Below, piece by piece: positions 1 through 15,355 of a stretch of DNA of 64,000 bases; the first letter of the stretch is position 1, and every line of letters starts with the position of its first letter. Source of the DNA: Hormiphora californensis (taxonomy: Eukaryota; Animalia; Ctenophora). The position numbers and the translations under genes are program-made. Location: the NCBI GenBank assembly GCA_020137815.1, contig CM035350.1, positions 1,178,001 through 1,242,000 on the forward strand. Reading direction: 5' to 3'. The notes under the pieces were generated by a model, which saw only the letters and a list, made by a program, of their open reading frames with translations, was not told the origin of the DNA and ran no database searches.

Positions 1-238
1 ACTAGTTACATGATCATGTAACTCGTGGTTCTCTTACATGTAATGAGGGGCATGCCCGCATAGTAGAGATGTGGGAGAGTATGGAGGGGTTTCGAGGTTA
101 GGAATAGAAGCCAGAAGGATCGAATGAAACAGCAGTCGAACCGAATGGATGGGGTTTCGAGGTTAGGGAGGATAGACAGCAGTCGAAAGAATAAAGAAAT
201 ATCCAATAAAACTTCATGAACATGATGAACTTGTCTTC

Positions 239-389
239 ATGGAAGTTAAGACCTGCTCCTTTCATTTTCAGAAAGTTCTACGATTTACACGACATAGTAC
301 TATAAACGATAAAGATTATACACCGGAAGATAATTCTGTGATGCAGCTGGAGCTATTATATCGATTGAGTCCACCACAACCGCAAATCA
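239..389 (+). CDS. Possible orphan coding exon (MEVKTCSFHFQKVLRFTRHSTINDKDYTPEDNSVMQLELLYRLSPPQPQI), product unknown
   Basis: Open frame ending at a consensus donor (A|gtaagt at 390); internal acceptor ttttcag at 265-271. No recognisable domain. Confidence 0.2.
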
Positions 390-673
390 GTAAGTTCTCA
401 TCCCAGCCATCATGATGATGATACAGGATATAATAGGTATGTGTGTTATACATCTCAGTGCTGTCATGCAGGTGGGAGATGTGTGCAGCAGGTTAGGAAG
501 TGAGTACAATGTAGAGTTCCATGCAATATCAGCTATGCAATCCATGCACTGTCCCTCTCTCTCTCTCTGTCTACCCCATCTATCTGTTTTCTCTTTCTCT
601 CTTTGGTAGTACCCACCTGTTACTTTCTGATCGTGCACAGGATTGTGAGAGGTTACGAGTAACCAATCTCGCT

Positions 674-741
<68 letters not shown>

Positions 742-1010
742 GTCTCTCTATCTCTATCTCTCTCTAACTGTGGTCTGTAAGTTCACCAGGCAATAGCCAA
801 TACAGGTACAATCTCATATAATAGAAGTAGTTAACCTCGCTCTAGATCTTCCTAGGTCTCGGCAGTATGTTAGAAAATGGTTCTCTTTCTTTCTCCTCTC
901 AGTTTCTAATTGTCGTCTATTTCTAGTTCGTGGCCGTTTCTCTGTCAATCTAAAAACTGTTCCAATCGTTACATAAAAGACCCTTTAAATGTTCCTCTCA
1001 TATCTGGAGC

Positions 1011-1084
1011 TGCATTGGCCTGACCCTGAACTGCGGTCAGAGCATTGGCCTGACCCTGAACTGCGGTCAGAGCATTGGCCTGAC
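1011..1084. repeat. 30-bp tandem repeat (~2.4 copies)
   Basis: gcattggcctgaccctgaactgcggtcaga repeated; the related motif gtcagagcattgtcc recurs twice at ~51283-51346. Confidence 0.85.
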
Positions 1085-1973
1085 AGATCTGGAGCTCTAA
1101 ATAGGTCTACAATCCACAGATACACAGATACACAGTTTCGTTCTGGAATTCTTGTATGTATTTGTTTGTTGCATGTATTTATTTTCTCTCTCTTTCTCTC
1201 CATCTTGATAAACATGATTACCACTGTAATTGCAGTAAATGATTTACCTGTACACATTTCCTGCCATGTCTCCAACTATCAGCTCTTGTTTACCTCTGTC
1301 TCACTATTTTATCTTTCCTCTCTTTATTCGCATCTCTTCCTCGTTACCTCGATTCATTTTCTCTGCAACTCTCGCCTCTCTAGTCTTTTCTCGTTAGCGC
1401 AGCCTTTCTTTCTTTCTTTCTTCTATCGTTTTTTCTCTCCCACTTTCTTTTTCTCTATCTTTAGAGATCTCTCTCTCTCACACTCGCCCATTCTCTCTCT
1501 CACTCTCCCATGCAACTATAACCTCGTTGGTTCGATGCACACATGCTCTACACATCCATTAAGGTAGGGAGAGGACCTCTCTCTCCCGTCTGGGCACATC
1601 TTTTTCCATCTTTAGCAGGGCTCTCTCTAGTTATCATAGCACCTCTCTGTACATTTGTGCTATTCCTTGAACTAGCTACTCCCTGCTGGGGGGGGGGGGT
1701 ACTGGAGAGGGGCTAACGGCTGCCGTTCCTGACACATCTTTGACGGGGGGGGGGGGGGGGGAGAGGTATTAAAATTCACTTTCGGGTCTGAAATTCTAGT
1801 TGACATATTGAGATGTAATGATGGCTTCAGTGGGTTTATGAGTTGTTATTAGCACTGTTTATTAATTGGGGCGGGGTACTAAATGTGTAACAGGGAATGA
1901 TAGTAACAACGTGCTCTTGAGCATTAATATCCGGCCTCGCTAGAAGTAGTAAGAGTGAATTGCTTAGGAATGG

Positions 1974-1975
1974 CT

Positions 1976-2051
<76 letters not shown>

Positions 2052-2202
2052 ACTAGGAGAGAGAGAGAGAGAGATAGAGGAGAAGAGAGAGATGGAGAGG
2101 ACACGAGAGAGAGACGAGAGAGAGCATGAGAGAGCAGAGCAGAGAGAGAGAGAGAGAGAGTAGAGAGAGAGAGAGAGAGAGAGTGAGAGAGAGAGAGAGA
2201 GA
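1974..2202. repeat. (GA)n microsatellite, one of many (CT)n/(GA)n tracts (e.g. 681-740, 3363-3486, 37880-37970, 44443-44605, 46583-46775, 52670-52785, 53125-53274)
   Basis: Direct dinucleotide repeat; the source of the SLSLSL/RERERE ORFs. Confidence 0.97.
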
Positions 2203-3383
2203 TGGGGAGCGACCACGTGGTCTCTTTGTGTACCCGGATCTCACCCTACAGAAGAAGTTGGCGTTCAAAGATACGTCTGATACCCACACTTTCTCTTCTT
2301 TGTACTATAACTTACCTTTGCCTCTTCCCTCTAGATATAATAGTGGATTGTACAATATGGTGTACAATGTACAATTTGGAGTACAATGTACATTCCGTTT
2401 TCAGTATATGTATTATGTGTACAGCTGCTCTCGCCATCAGTTTGCACCAGTAGTATTTTTGGTGGTTTAATTGGCTACCGATATTATAATCTTCTTTAGG
2501 TTTGCAACACTGATATAGCAATCACTGGAAATAGTAATACTCACATCAAGTGGATTGGATCACGTGGTCGTGTCTATAGAACTGTAGCAGCTAGAGGTCC
2601 CCCTCTATCTATCTAGAGGGGGACCGCTATCTATCTAGAGTGGGACCTCTATCCAGCTGCAGGCTATCATGAGAGAGAGGTCTGATTGGCCCAGATTCTC
2701 CTACTATTATAATGCACTGAGTGTATTATAATTCTGTCCATGACCACTTGTGAATTGCCATTAGTGCATGTTTTAGTCATTGAACAAACCGCGTTGCCAT
2801 AAAAATGCTCCCTCTTGCAGCTCCCTTTCCCTCTCGGTCTCGGCTCTATCTCCCTTTCCCTCCCTCTCTCTCTGCTCTTACTGAATCTCTGAATTTTCCA
2901 TTAGATGTCACAAATCACAATATGTTCAGCGTGGAATTTTACGCCAACCCGCTAGACCAATTCAGTTTATTACAGAATATATCATGACATGAACCTGATT
3001 CATCAACCTATCTCTAAGCCAGGATAATGGTGCTCCTTTACATAAATCCGAATGGGAGTCATGACAGTGAGTCGATCACGGACTTTCCTATGGGCCAATG
3101 GGAGATAGTATGGCATCTTAGATCACTTTGAAACAGTCTGATAGCTAGATATCTGTAGATTTCAAGCTGCCACTTATTCTCTCTCCCTATCTCATTCTTC
3201 CCTATCTCATTCTCTCATTCCCTCGTTGGCGGGGGTGGTCCAGGTGTCTGAGGAGGACACTGAAAAGTGGTAAATTGCAGCTCTCAACCAGCTCCACTAT
3301 TTTTGGTATAATCGTTGCGTCATTACTCGCACACAATATTCTCTCTCGCTACTTCGCTAGGTCTCTCTCTCTCTCTCTCCTTC

Positions 3384-3469
<86 letters not shown>

Positions 3470-4526
3470 TCTCTCTCTCTCTCTCACTGATTCTCATTTA
3501 CCCTCCCGCGTATCTACCCCGCTGCTTCTCGTAAACATCAAGAGTACGCAACTTCTCAGCATAATGGATAATGCAACTCCCCTTTATTCTTGTTCAAGCT
3601 GTCGTTTTCAGATTTTGCTGCACAACGTGTGCCTTTGGTCCTTTCTCCCCTCTCTCTCCTGCCAGCTCTCTTGCATATGATTTTAAAGCAATCTAGTGAA
3701 TTAAAAGAGTGGGGCAGATCCGGACACCCTACTCTGTTTCTGTGCTGGAAAACTTGCCCGCTTGGAATAGGAGCAACTCAACCAGTAAAATCTGAGGAGA
3801 AAGAGGGAGGGAGAGTGAGAGAGATAGATAGATAGAGAGAGAGCGAGGGAGAGAGAGTGAGAGTGAGAGAGAGAGAGAGAGAAAGATAGATGAGAGACCG
3901 GAAACGTGTACACAAAATAATCACCCGGTCTCCCTCCCTCTTGTTGGCTCATGCAAGACGTACCTGGGAATCCTTATTACTCGCCACATAACCACTTCTT
4001 GTTGTGCATAGCTTTGTGTATTACTGAGTTGAGGGAGGGAGAGAGGAAGAGAGAGAGAAAGATAGACAAAAGAAGGAGAGAGCTAGTCGAGACAGAAGGT
4101 CGAGAGAGGCCAGGTCAACTGGTCAAGGTAATCGGTTGATTATCTGAGGTGAATGTATACCTGATCACTACTACTACTGAGCACTAGCTGGATAGTTGTC
4201 GAGAGAGAGCGCATCTCTCCTCTGACTTTGTTCCTGAGTGTATGCCTTCTGCCATTGCTCATTATCGTGTGTGATCCGCAGAATATGAGACGGTTAAACT
4301 CTCTCAAATCGAAAAGCAATTATCGATATTGAATTGTTCCTTTGCTTCATGCAGCAATATGATTGCTCATCTCGCTTTCTCTCTCATACACCCTCGCTTT
4401 TGTTGCGAATTCTCTTCAGTTTGTCTTCTCTTGAACTCTTAATCCCAATTAATGATTAATTGCTAACCACTTTTTATAGAGAGTTACAGTATGAGGAGCG
4501 ACAGAGAGACATCAAATTGAGCAGGA

Positions 4527-7500
4527 ATGATCGACGAGTTTCTCAGCTTAACCACTATTGCGAAAGACTTCGTGTAAGTGAATATAGAACTCTGTGAATA
4601 TAGAACTCTGTATTTAACTCATGTAGTAATGAGTTGATAAAATGATTCTCGAATTGGTTGGTTATGAAGATGATATTGTTCAGGTTAACGAAGCTAGCAA
4701 GTATTGGGGCTGCCTACAAGTTGGATAGAATCAGCCCTAGAGATTTGTGTTTCTGCCTCCTACTCAACTTTGCAGTATGGTCAACTATAGGTAAAACAAA
4801 GTGCTCACTACCAACAGTTACTTAGAATCAAAGGGGTACCCTTTAAATACAATCTCTCTGTAGTTGATAACTCCTCTTGAAAACCCATCCCTTTCACCCA
4901 GGTTCCCTGCTGCCCTATCTCCCAGTGTTTTACCGGAGTATAGGCCTCTCAGCTGAACAAACTGGATTTGTTATAGCTCTAAAGAGTTTAGTAGGGGCTA
5001 TCAGCTGCATCTTTTGGGGCGCCTTTGCAGACCAGTTCAAGGTATTAGTGTGTGAAACTAGTGATATCATTTGGTAGTGAGAGAGGCTGGCCTGTACCAA
5101 TCCCCACCCTCACCGCGCAAAAAGTGTTATTGTCCGACTAAGTTGTCCTATTTCAGAAAAGAAAGGCAGTATTTATTCTCTCAATTTTATCCTGGACCGT
5201 ATTTGCCATTTGTATGACGATTCTCCCTCCCAACGCTGCCTTCAAATCTACCACCGTCACCACTGTTGTAGAGGTAACTGATTGGGAACTTAATGTAAAA
5301 TTAATGGAGAGTGCAGCAGATCATCGTAATTAATCACTTATGTAAATTTCTATATTTCGCAGATCATCGCTGTGAACAATGTACATAATTACTTATCATT
5401 TCACACCCAGGTCCACAACACTACGACTGGTGAGACTATAAGTAAGGAGGTGGTCAGTGTAGTGAACCAGACCCAGCAGACCAAGTGTTATGAGGGGCAG
5501 GAAGCTGGGATGGGGAAGTTAGGGGAGTGTAGCAAACATACTGCCAATGGGATATCTGCTCTCGCCAAGATTACCAGTGAGTAGAGTTTAAAATTCCATA
5601 GTGCACAAACTGGTTTGAATAATATCTTTTTTAATTGTTTAAAAAGAGATATTATTCAAACCGGTTTGTGCACTATTAGTGTAATTTAATAAAACCCCTT
5701 AACGTACCCTGACCACAATTTTCCTACACTCCACAGCCATTATAAAATCCTCCCACTCTCCATCAGACAACGATACGGAAACATCAGTGGGACAGATAAT
5801 CGAACCGACGGGTGGTGGTACTATGCAGACCTTCGCCCTCTCTCTCATAACAGTATCAGTGTGGTCTTTCTTTGGTAGTGCCTCAGCTCCATTGCTGGAT
5901 GACATTGTGTTCCGGGTTATACCCCGTGATCACAATACATACGGGAGGTTCAGGAGCATTGGGAGTTTAGGGTGAGTGGGGAGGGGGGCTTTGGGAAATT
6001 GGAGATTCTAACTAAGAGAAAATGGTTGTATCGTGTGTGATAGAGAGAATTCATCTCTGATTTCAGGTATGGTTTGGCCGCTCTGATAGTCGGTATATTC
6101 GTGAAGGACTACATAGTTGGAAAGGGTGATGTGATCCTGACCCCTGACTATCGACCCTCCTTCTACTTCACCATCGCTTCATCTCTTGTCTGTGTGTTGG
6201 CAGTGTTGTTTATAGAACTAGAGGAGGGAGGGGAACCACTACTGCCTGTACCCCACAAGATACCCATTCTAAAGAACAAGAGGCTGCTGTCTCTCCTGGG
6301 CACTGTGTTCTGTCTTGGAATGTGCCACAATATGATACAAAACTTCCTCCTATGGTACGTGTTTCCCAGAATCATTGGGATATCATATCTTATGTAACAT
6401 CTGGTTGTGATACTCATCCCATTTTGAGATTAATTACTGCAGTCATATACACTGTGCGCTTATAATGTACTGACTGCAATGAACAGTTTGGGTACAATTT
6501 AGAAAATATAAGGGAGAGGTAGAGAAATAGTCGTAGAGGCTGAGACGGAGAGAGAGAGTCTCAGGGAGATGGTATGCGGTTCAAACAGGAAGCATTTACT
6601 CTCTTGACGTCAGTGATATTTGGTCGAGTACATCCATTATAGAGCTTTCTCCAGTCTACTGCTTTGAGATAATACGCGGCCTATCCACGAACAGATTCAG
6701 ACTCAGTCCAAGAGGAAATTGAGACTTCATAGAAAAAGAGGAGTGAGGGTTTATGTTTATTCTCTTGGGCAATTGTTCCAATATACACCTCTACTTCGGA
6801 GAGAACAACTAACACATCTTACCCCTCCAGGTACCTAGAAGATATTGACGGTAGTCATGTGTGTATGGGTATTGTGGTGTTGACTGAACACCTTAGTGAG
6901 ATACCCTTCTTTTTCTTTGGGGAGTACGCTATCAAGCTGTTCGGACACACCAGGATTATTGCTTGTGCTTGTGTCGTCTACGCTTTCAGGTACGTGCAGA
7001 TGGAAACCAGATTGGGAAGAGTTGGGAGAGTGTATATTATCGTCGAGAATGAATTAATTCAAGACAAGAGAGGGGCGTGTTATGTATCTAGGGCGGGTTG
7101 AAATGGTACATGACAGGGACCAGGGTCTGGACTAATGACTCTCCCACTTTCAGGTTTCTTTCCTACTCAATAGTCACTTCACCGTGGTTAATTGTCCCAT
7201 TTGAGATCGGGAATGGTGTCACTCTAGCCCTTATGTGGGCCTCTGCAGCTAGCTATGTCAGTCTAGTGACACCACAGAAACACCAGGTAACAGCCGAGTA
7301 ACATGTCCCCTTGAGATTATAGGGGGATCAACCATTATCATGGTTATACGAACTGTGTGGACTGTGTGTATTCCACACCCATGTAGTATTTCATTTTCAA
7401 ATGAGTACCTTCTCTCATTAACCACCCAATTATTCCATATTAGGCAACGACTCTTGGCCTCCTGGGTGGCCTCCACTTCCAGCTAGGTCACTTCCTAAGT

Positions 7501-8704
7501 GCCATCCTAGCCGGAGAGCTAATTACCCATGTTGGTTTCAAAGCGGCCTGGTGGTGCTACGCAGCATTCATTCTGGCAGTGGGGTTCCTCTATGTGGCAG
7601 CTGACAGTATCCTACCAAAAATAGGTGAGATAGAGTGGCGGGTGTTATCTAGTTAGTGAGATAGAGTGGGTATCTGGATGTTATATATTAGTCTGGTTTG
7701 TTTGTACTGCAGTTGTAGGATGACCTGCCCGAAAGGTCTGATTCAGGTTGGAGAGGGTTTGCAGCTGGGAGCTGCAGCAGTTCTCGCGTTTGCCAGAGTT
7801 TATTCAGACATTCACAACACCAGTAATTTCAAATGGGAATTGTTGCTGCTGCAAACCCTCTTCTCCTACCGCAGATGGTGCCCCCAGTCCTCTCATACTG
7901 GACCAATAGTTCAGGTTATCCCTCCTTATCTATAAGAAACCTTCCCACTTTGACCCTCCTAATCTCTAAGAAACTTTCCCACTTTGACCCTCCTTATCTC
8001 TAAGAAACTTTCCCACTTTGACCCTCCTTATCTCTAAGAAACTTTCCCACTTTGACCCTCCTTATCTCTAAGAAACTTTCCCACTTTGACCCTCCTTATC
8101 TCTAAGAAACTTTCCCACTTTGACCCTCCTTATCTCTAAGAAACTTTCCCACTTTGACCCTCCTAATCTCTAAGAAACTTTCCCACTTTGACACACCTAA
8201 TCTCTAAGAAACTTTCCCACTTTGACCCTCCTTATCTCTAAGAAACTTTCCCATATTGATTAACCTAATCTCAAAGAAACTCTCCCACTTTGACCCTTCT
8301 AATCTCTAAGAAACTTTCCCACTTTGACCCACCTAATCTCTAAGAAATTTTCCCATATTGATTAACCTAATCTCAAAGAAACTCTCCCACTTTGACCCTC
8401 CTAATCTCTAAGAAACTTTCTCACTTTGACCCACCGAATCTCTAAGAAACTTTTTCACTTTGAACCACCTAATCTCCAAGAAACTTTCCCACTTTGCATG
8501 ACCCACATAATCTCTAAGAAACACGGAATACCTCGATCTCACTAAATACCCCCCTCCTTTACAGAGAATTATGAGGAAATTGACGGGGCGAATGTTGCTA
8601 AACCCTCTACTAGTGGAGAGATGTGTGAGGAGACTCCTGTAGCTGCAGCCCCCACTATTCAGCAGCCCCCTACTGAGACCACTGCAGTAAATCAAGGACA
8701 GTGA
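4527..8704 (+). CDS. MFSD6-like major facilitator superfamily transporter, ~11 exons
   Basis: Exons 4527-4573, 4684-4790, 4902-5041, 5157-5273, 5411-5577, 5738-5971, 6068-6354, 6831-6989, 7154-7286, 7444-7624 join in frame. Motifs GSLLPYLPVFYRSIGLS, WGAFADQFKKRK, YGRFRSIGSLG and SEIPFFFF are typical of MFSD6/MFS_1_like. Terminal exon most likely 8564-8704 (alternative 7875-7909). Confidence 0.85.
5598..5676. repeat. Intronic near-perfect palindrome (79 bp hairpin, possible mini-MITE)
   Basis: atagtgcacaaactggtttgaataatatct ... agatattattcaaaccggtttgtgcactat: ~30-bp arms with 1 mismatch. Confidence 0.85.
7919..8522. repeat. 34-bp minisatellite, ~18 copies, in the last intron of the MFSD6-like gene
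   Basis: Unit ccttatctctaagaaactttcccactttgaccct, period 34, no spacers, degenerating toward the 3' end. Confidence 0.95.
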
Positions 8705-9175
8705 ATTGAGTGTGTATCCAGGACTTTGCAAGCCCCTAATAAGGACATGGTGGTTTTTCCGTTTTATTTCGTATTTGTTGCCCCTGAGGCGTTATTTGTG
8801 CGTCTAACGTATGTATTTGTGTTTATTTGTTGTTTGACCATTCATTTAAAACAAAAACCAGTTTTTTACTTCTTCGTTTCAAACGAGAAATATGATAATG
8901 AATATGAACAATATTTACAGGGGAAAGAAACACACAAATGTATACTCTCTTGTAAAATCGACTGAATAGGGAGTGAAACCCGAAAACCAACCGGGAATGG
9001 GAAGTCTATCACATGTTACACAAGCGCGCGGCGCGTACTTCAATGCGCGAGAAAAAGCAAGTGCTGACACACAACTTTCGACAGAGTCTGATGGATGTGT
9101 TGCCATAACAACCAGTCCATAACGATGTGCGCGCTCCTGCAGTTGAAGAGAGAGGGGAGTCTGACTGGTTCAGTT

Positions 9176-10967
9176 TTAGGCCACCGGCTCATCAATTCGG
9201 GGCTTGTTGGGATTGTTAGCCATTAGCCAATCTGCTATCCAGGACTGAAAAGAAGAAACTTAATGTTAGCAAAGAAACTGAAACCTTAAAAGAAAAACCA
9301 ATCAAAAGGAATTAAAGTTCCCGATACATACCAGGGGATCCTCGGGTTTCACTTTACAGAGTTCCACAAAGCCATTAGTGAGTACTGGCATAACGTTCTT
9401 AACCAGGTAGTCAGTGGCTTGTTCTCCCGTTGATATGGGCTCAACAATTGCTGTTGGAATGTAGAGAGTTGAGAAATGAGGGTATATAAACTGCATGTTA
9501 ACACGCTAGCAGTGCAAAGAATAATAGGCCGAAAACACTGACTCCAACTTAGGACAATAATTAATGTATGACATAACGAAAAAAGTGCCAGTGTTTCTAT
9601 CGTTTATACTACCACACTCCCAGTTAAACCATTAACACCCTTCCTTACCATCGGGAAAGAAGAACCGAATTTCCCTCTCTGCTCCCTTCTGAGAATCAGA
9701 TCCGTGAACTGCATTCCTCTGATCATCGGTTCCATAGATTGCCCTCAAACTCTCGGGATGGGTCTCTCGGGCCCGGTGAGAAGAGGTAGGTCCAAGAAGA
9801 TCCCTCCACTCCAGAATACTATTCTCTTTAGCCAGGACCATAGCAATTATAGGTCCACTGAAATAGAGAGAAGTTGTTGTTATATGCTACTTTTAGAGCT
9901 TTTAGAGAGTCTGTTTTCTAGTATCTCTCTTTCTCTTCTTGAAATGGCTGTCTTTTCTAGCCCTCATTAGTGGTCTATATGTTTGCCTTTCTATCTCTTT
10001 CTCTTTCTCTTGCTACTAATTCTTTGTACTACTTTAAAACATGTTCCTTTCTTTGATCCTGGTTATGAAATGTATCATGGTACCAAGTGCTTGCTAATGT
10101 AAAGTGTGCGTTAACTCGACTGAGCCGAGTTGTAGTTACTCAATCTACAAATCGATGAGGTCTAGTTGCTCAAGTCTCATGTCTCACAACCCGTACATTA
10201 CAAAATTTATATTCAAGTTGATCGTTCTAGTGTTCTCTTGTGTTCTAAGTGTCTGTGAAGGTATATCGTGAAACTACCCTTGCTCACCCTGGTAACAACC
10301 CAGAAAATGGAATGTTATTATGGAATAGTCTCTTAGCATTAAAACCATCACTTTCATGTGTAATTGCACGGTTAAAGAGAGATAAAGATAGCGAAATTAT
10401 TAGATTTATTAGCCATAACTACAATAATAGAGGGATAAAGTTTACCTGCTCATAAAAGATACCAGGGAAGGGAAAAACATCTTTCCATAGTGCTCAGCAT
10501 AGAAATCACTGCACTGCTCAGGTGTCATGTGGAGACGTCTTTGCTGAAAATATGATTGTGTTTATCAATTTAAGATGCTAAATAATAGTTTGCCGTACAC
10601 TTTTCACTAACTGCAGTTGCTAATGAATTGACCATCCATTCCCCTGCTTGCTGTATCTTTTGCATGTGATTACTACTGCTCTCCCTCTCAATTCACTTGT
10701 TCTTCCTACCTAGTTACCTCTCACCCTTTACAACTCTCTAGCTCTATTTCTCCCCGCACTCTAGCTATCTCTCTCATGTTACTTTCTTTTGACTGTCTTT
10801 GTAGACAAATTATTTAGATTTGTTGTTACCTGTAGAATTCCAAATCCATGATTTTCAATAAAGCTCAGGATTTTAGCACTTTCCTCAATGGCATCTGGTT
10901 TGATGATTGCCAGTGTTCGCTCCACAAATATAGCAGGCTGTTCCATAAAAGTAGCTGGTGCATCCAT
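9176..10967 (-). CDS. NME5: Nucleoside diphosphate kinase homolog 5 (NDK domain plus C-terminal Dpy-30 motif; ciliary radial-spoke type), 5 exons
   Basis: Exons 10830-10967, 10446-10543, 9649-9857, ~9332-9450, 9176-9244 give ERTLAIIKPDA...EQCSDFYAEHYGKMFFPSLVSFMSSGP...LRAIYGTDDQRNAVHGSDS...EREIRFFFP...VMPVLTNGFVELCKVKPEDPLSWIADWLMANNPNKP. Confidence 0.95.
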
Positions 10968-11050
10968 GACGACTAGATTCCTATAACCAGGAAGAGAGAT
11001 ATTTAAGGGATAATCGGTTGAAAAGCATTGTTTCAATCTCTCTTTTTAAA

Positions 11051-11097
<47 letters not shown>

Positions 11098-11295
11098 TCA
11101 ATTAAATATCGAATGGGCTGCCTTTAAAAGTCATTGACATTTGTTTTGTGAGTCACATCTGTACTCAATATATATCTAATTGATGCTTATTTTAATCTGA
11201 TATTTTTTGTGACCCGCAAATATTTGCTATAATCTTTGAATTTTTAAGTAGTGTATTAAGGAGGAAATGCAGATGATTTAGTAAAAAGTCTCAAG

Positions 11296-14172
<2,877 letters not shown>

Positions 14173-15355
14173 AGTTAAATATTTGTAAACCTACTACTTT
14201 GTGTATGATAGTGTGTGATATTTGTACAATGATAGTTGCTTGCATTAAATTCCTTAATAAGATATAGTTGTCTGGATTTTATCACTGTGCTGGCAAGCGA
14301 AAAGGTACCCCCTAAACTTCCCCGATTTAATACATAACTTCATAATACTTAGTGGCAAAACTTACTTCAGCCAAATAATATCCCTAGCTTAGTTGGCTTA
14401 CTTTACATCATTTTGATCCAGGGTGTGGGATTGCAGGGGTTGTCAGTAACACAATTATCGAGTAATATGTAGTACTTATGTTCCAGATACATAATGGCTA
14501 CTTCACCATTGTCCTAATGTTCTAGCCTCTATGCTGTCTGTGTATTGTGTAGATGCTCTTCTGCTCCGTTGTACCGGGCCTGGTACTATGTTGTTATGCA
14601 GTAGCTCTCTCTCTGACCCTTCTCTCTCACACAGATCTGTAGGTACTACATTCTAGATGTGTACATTTCAAGATGCGTAGGCACTATCTCTCTAGCTCTC
14701 TTTATCTCTCTTCCTCTCTCTCTGGTAGTGGTATCGGCCATCCTCTAAGCAGCAAGCTGCGTATACAAGCTCATGTAAGCCTTTTACCTGCCCTTTGTAG
14801 AGCAGTATGTGTGTGTTTTATCGTGTGTTTATTCTAAGTACGTACACATGGTCATCTTCACCCTATACATCGGGTCCCACATGTGGTGTTCAGTGAAAAT
14901 TGTTCAGTGTTCACCCAATATTTATACTTGGTGGTCGGTGTGTATAATATTACTACTTGTATAAATACATGATCTGCAGTTGCTCGACCCTCTTTAATCT
15001 CTCTCTCTCCCTCTCCACGTATTGGAGGAATATAACAAGCTGCAGCAGTTGTGATATGGCAAGGCTCTCAGTGTACACATTCAATGTTGTCGTTCTGATC
15101 TGCATGTACGTAGTGTAGGAAATGAGTTGCCTCTCTGCTGTCTCTGCTTTGTACCGCCAGTTGTAACTTGTACTACTGTAGAACTTTCTTCCCTCTATAC
15201 TTGCTGAACTCATTACACTGTGCAGGTACTATAGGGATGTTTTAGCTCTGATCGTGCAAATACATTCAGTGCGTTCATATTGAACTCTTTTGGTGGTGGA
15301 CTTCCTTGAACCAGTTTGCAAGCTTCATATGTCGTACATATAGAGACACGCTGAA

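Noticed and set aside
2900-3135. Coding exon upstream of the MFSD6-like gene
   Set aside because: All three + frames contain stops within ~100-150 bp and no motif is recognisable.
7919-8522. CRISPR-like array (34-bp repeats)
   Set aside because: Units are head-to-tail with no unique spacers, there are no cas genes, and the context is a eukaryotic intron.
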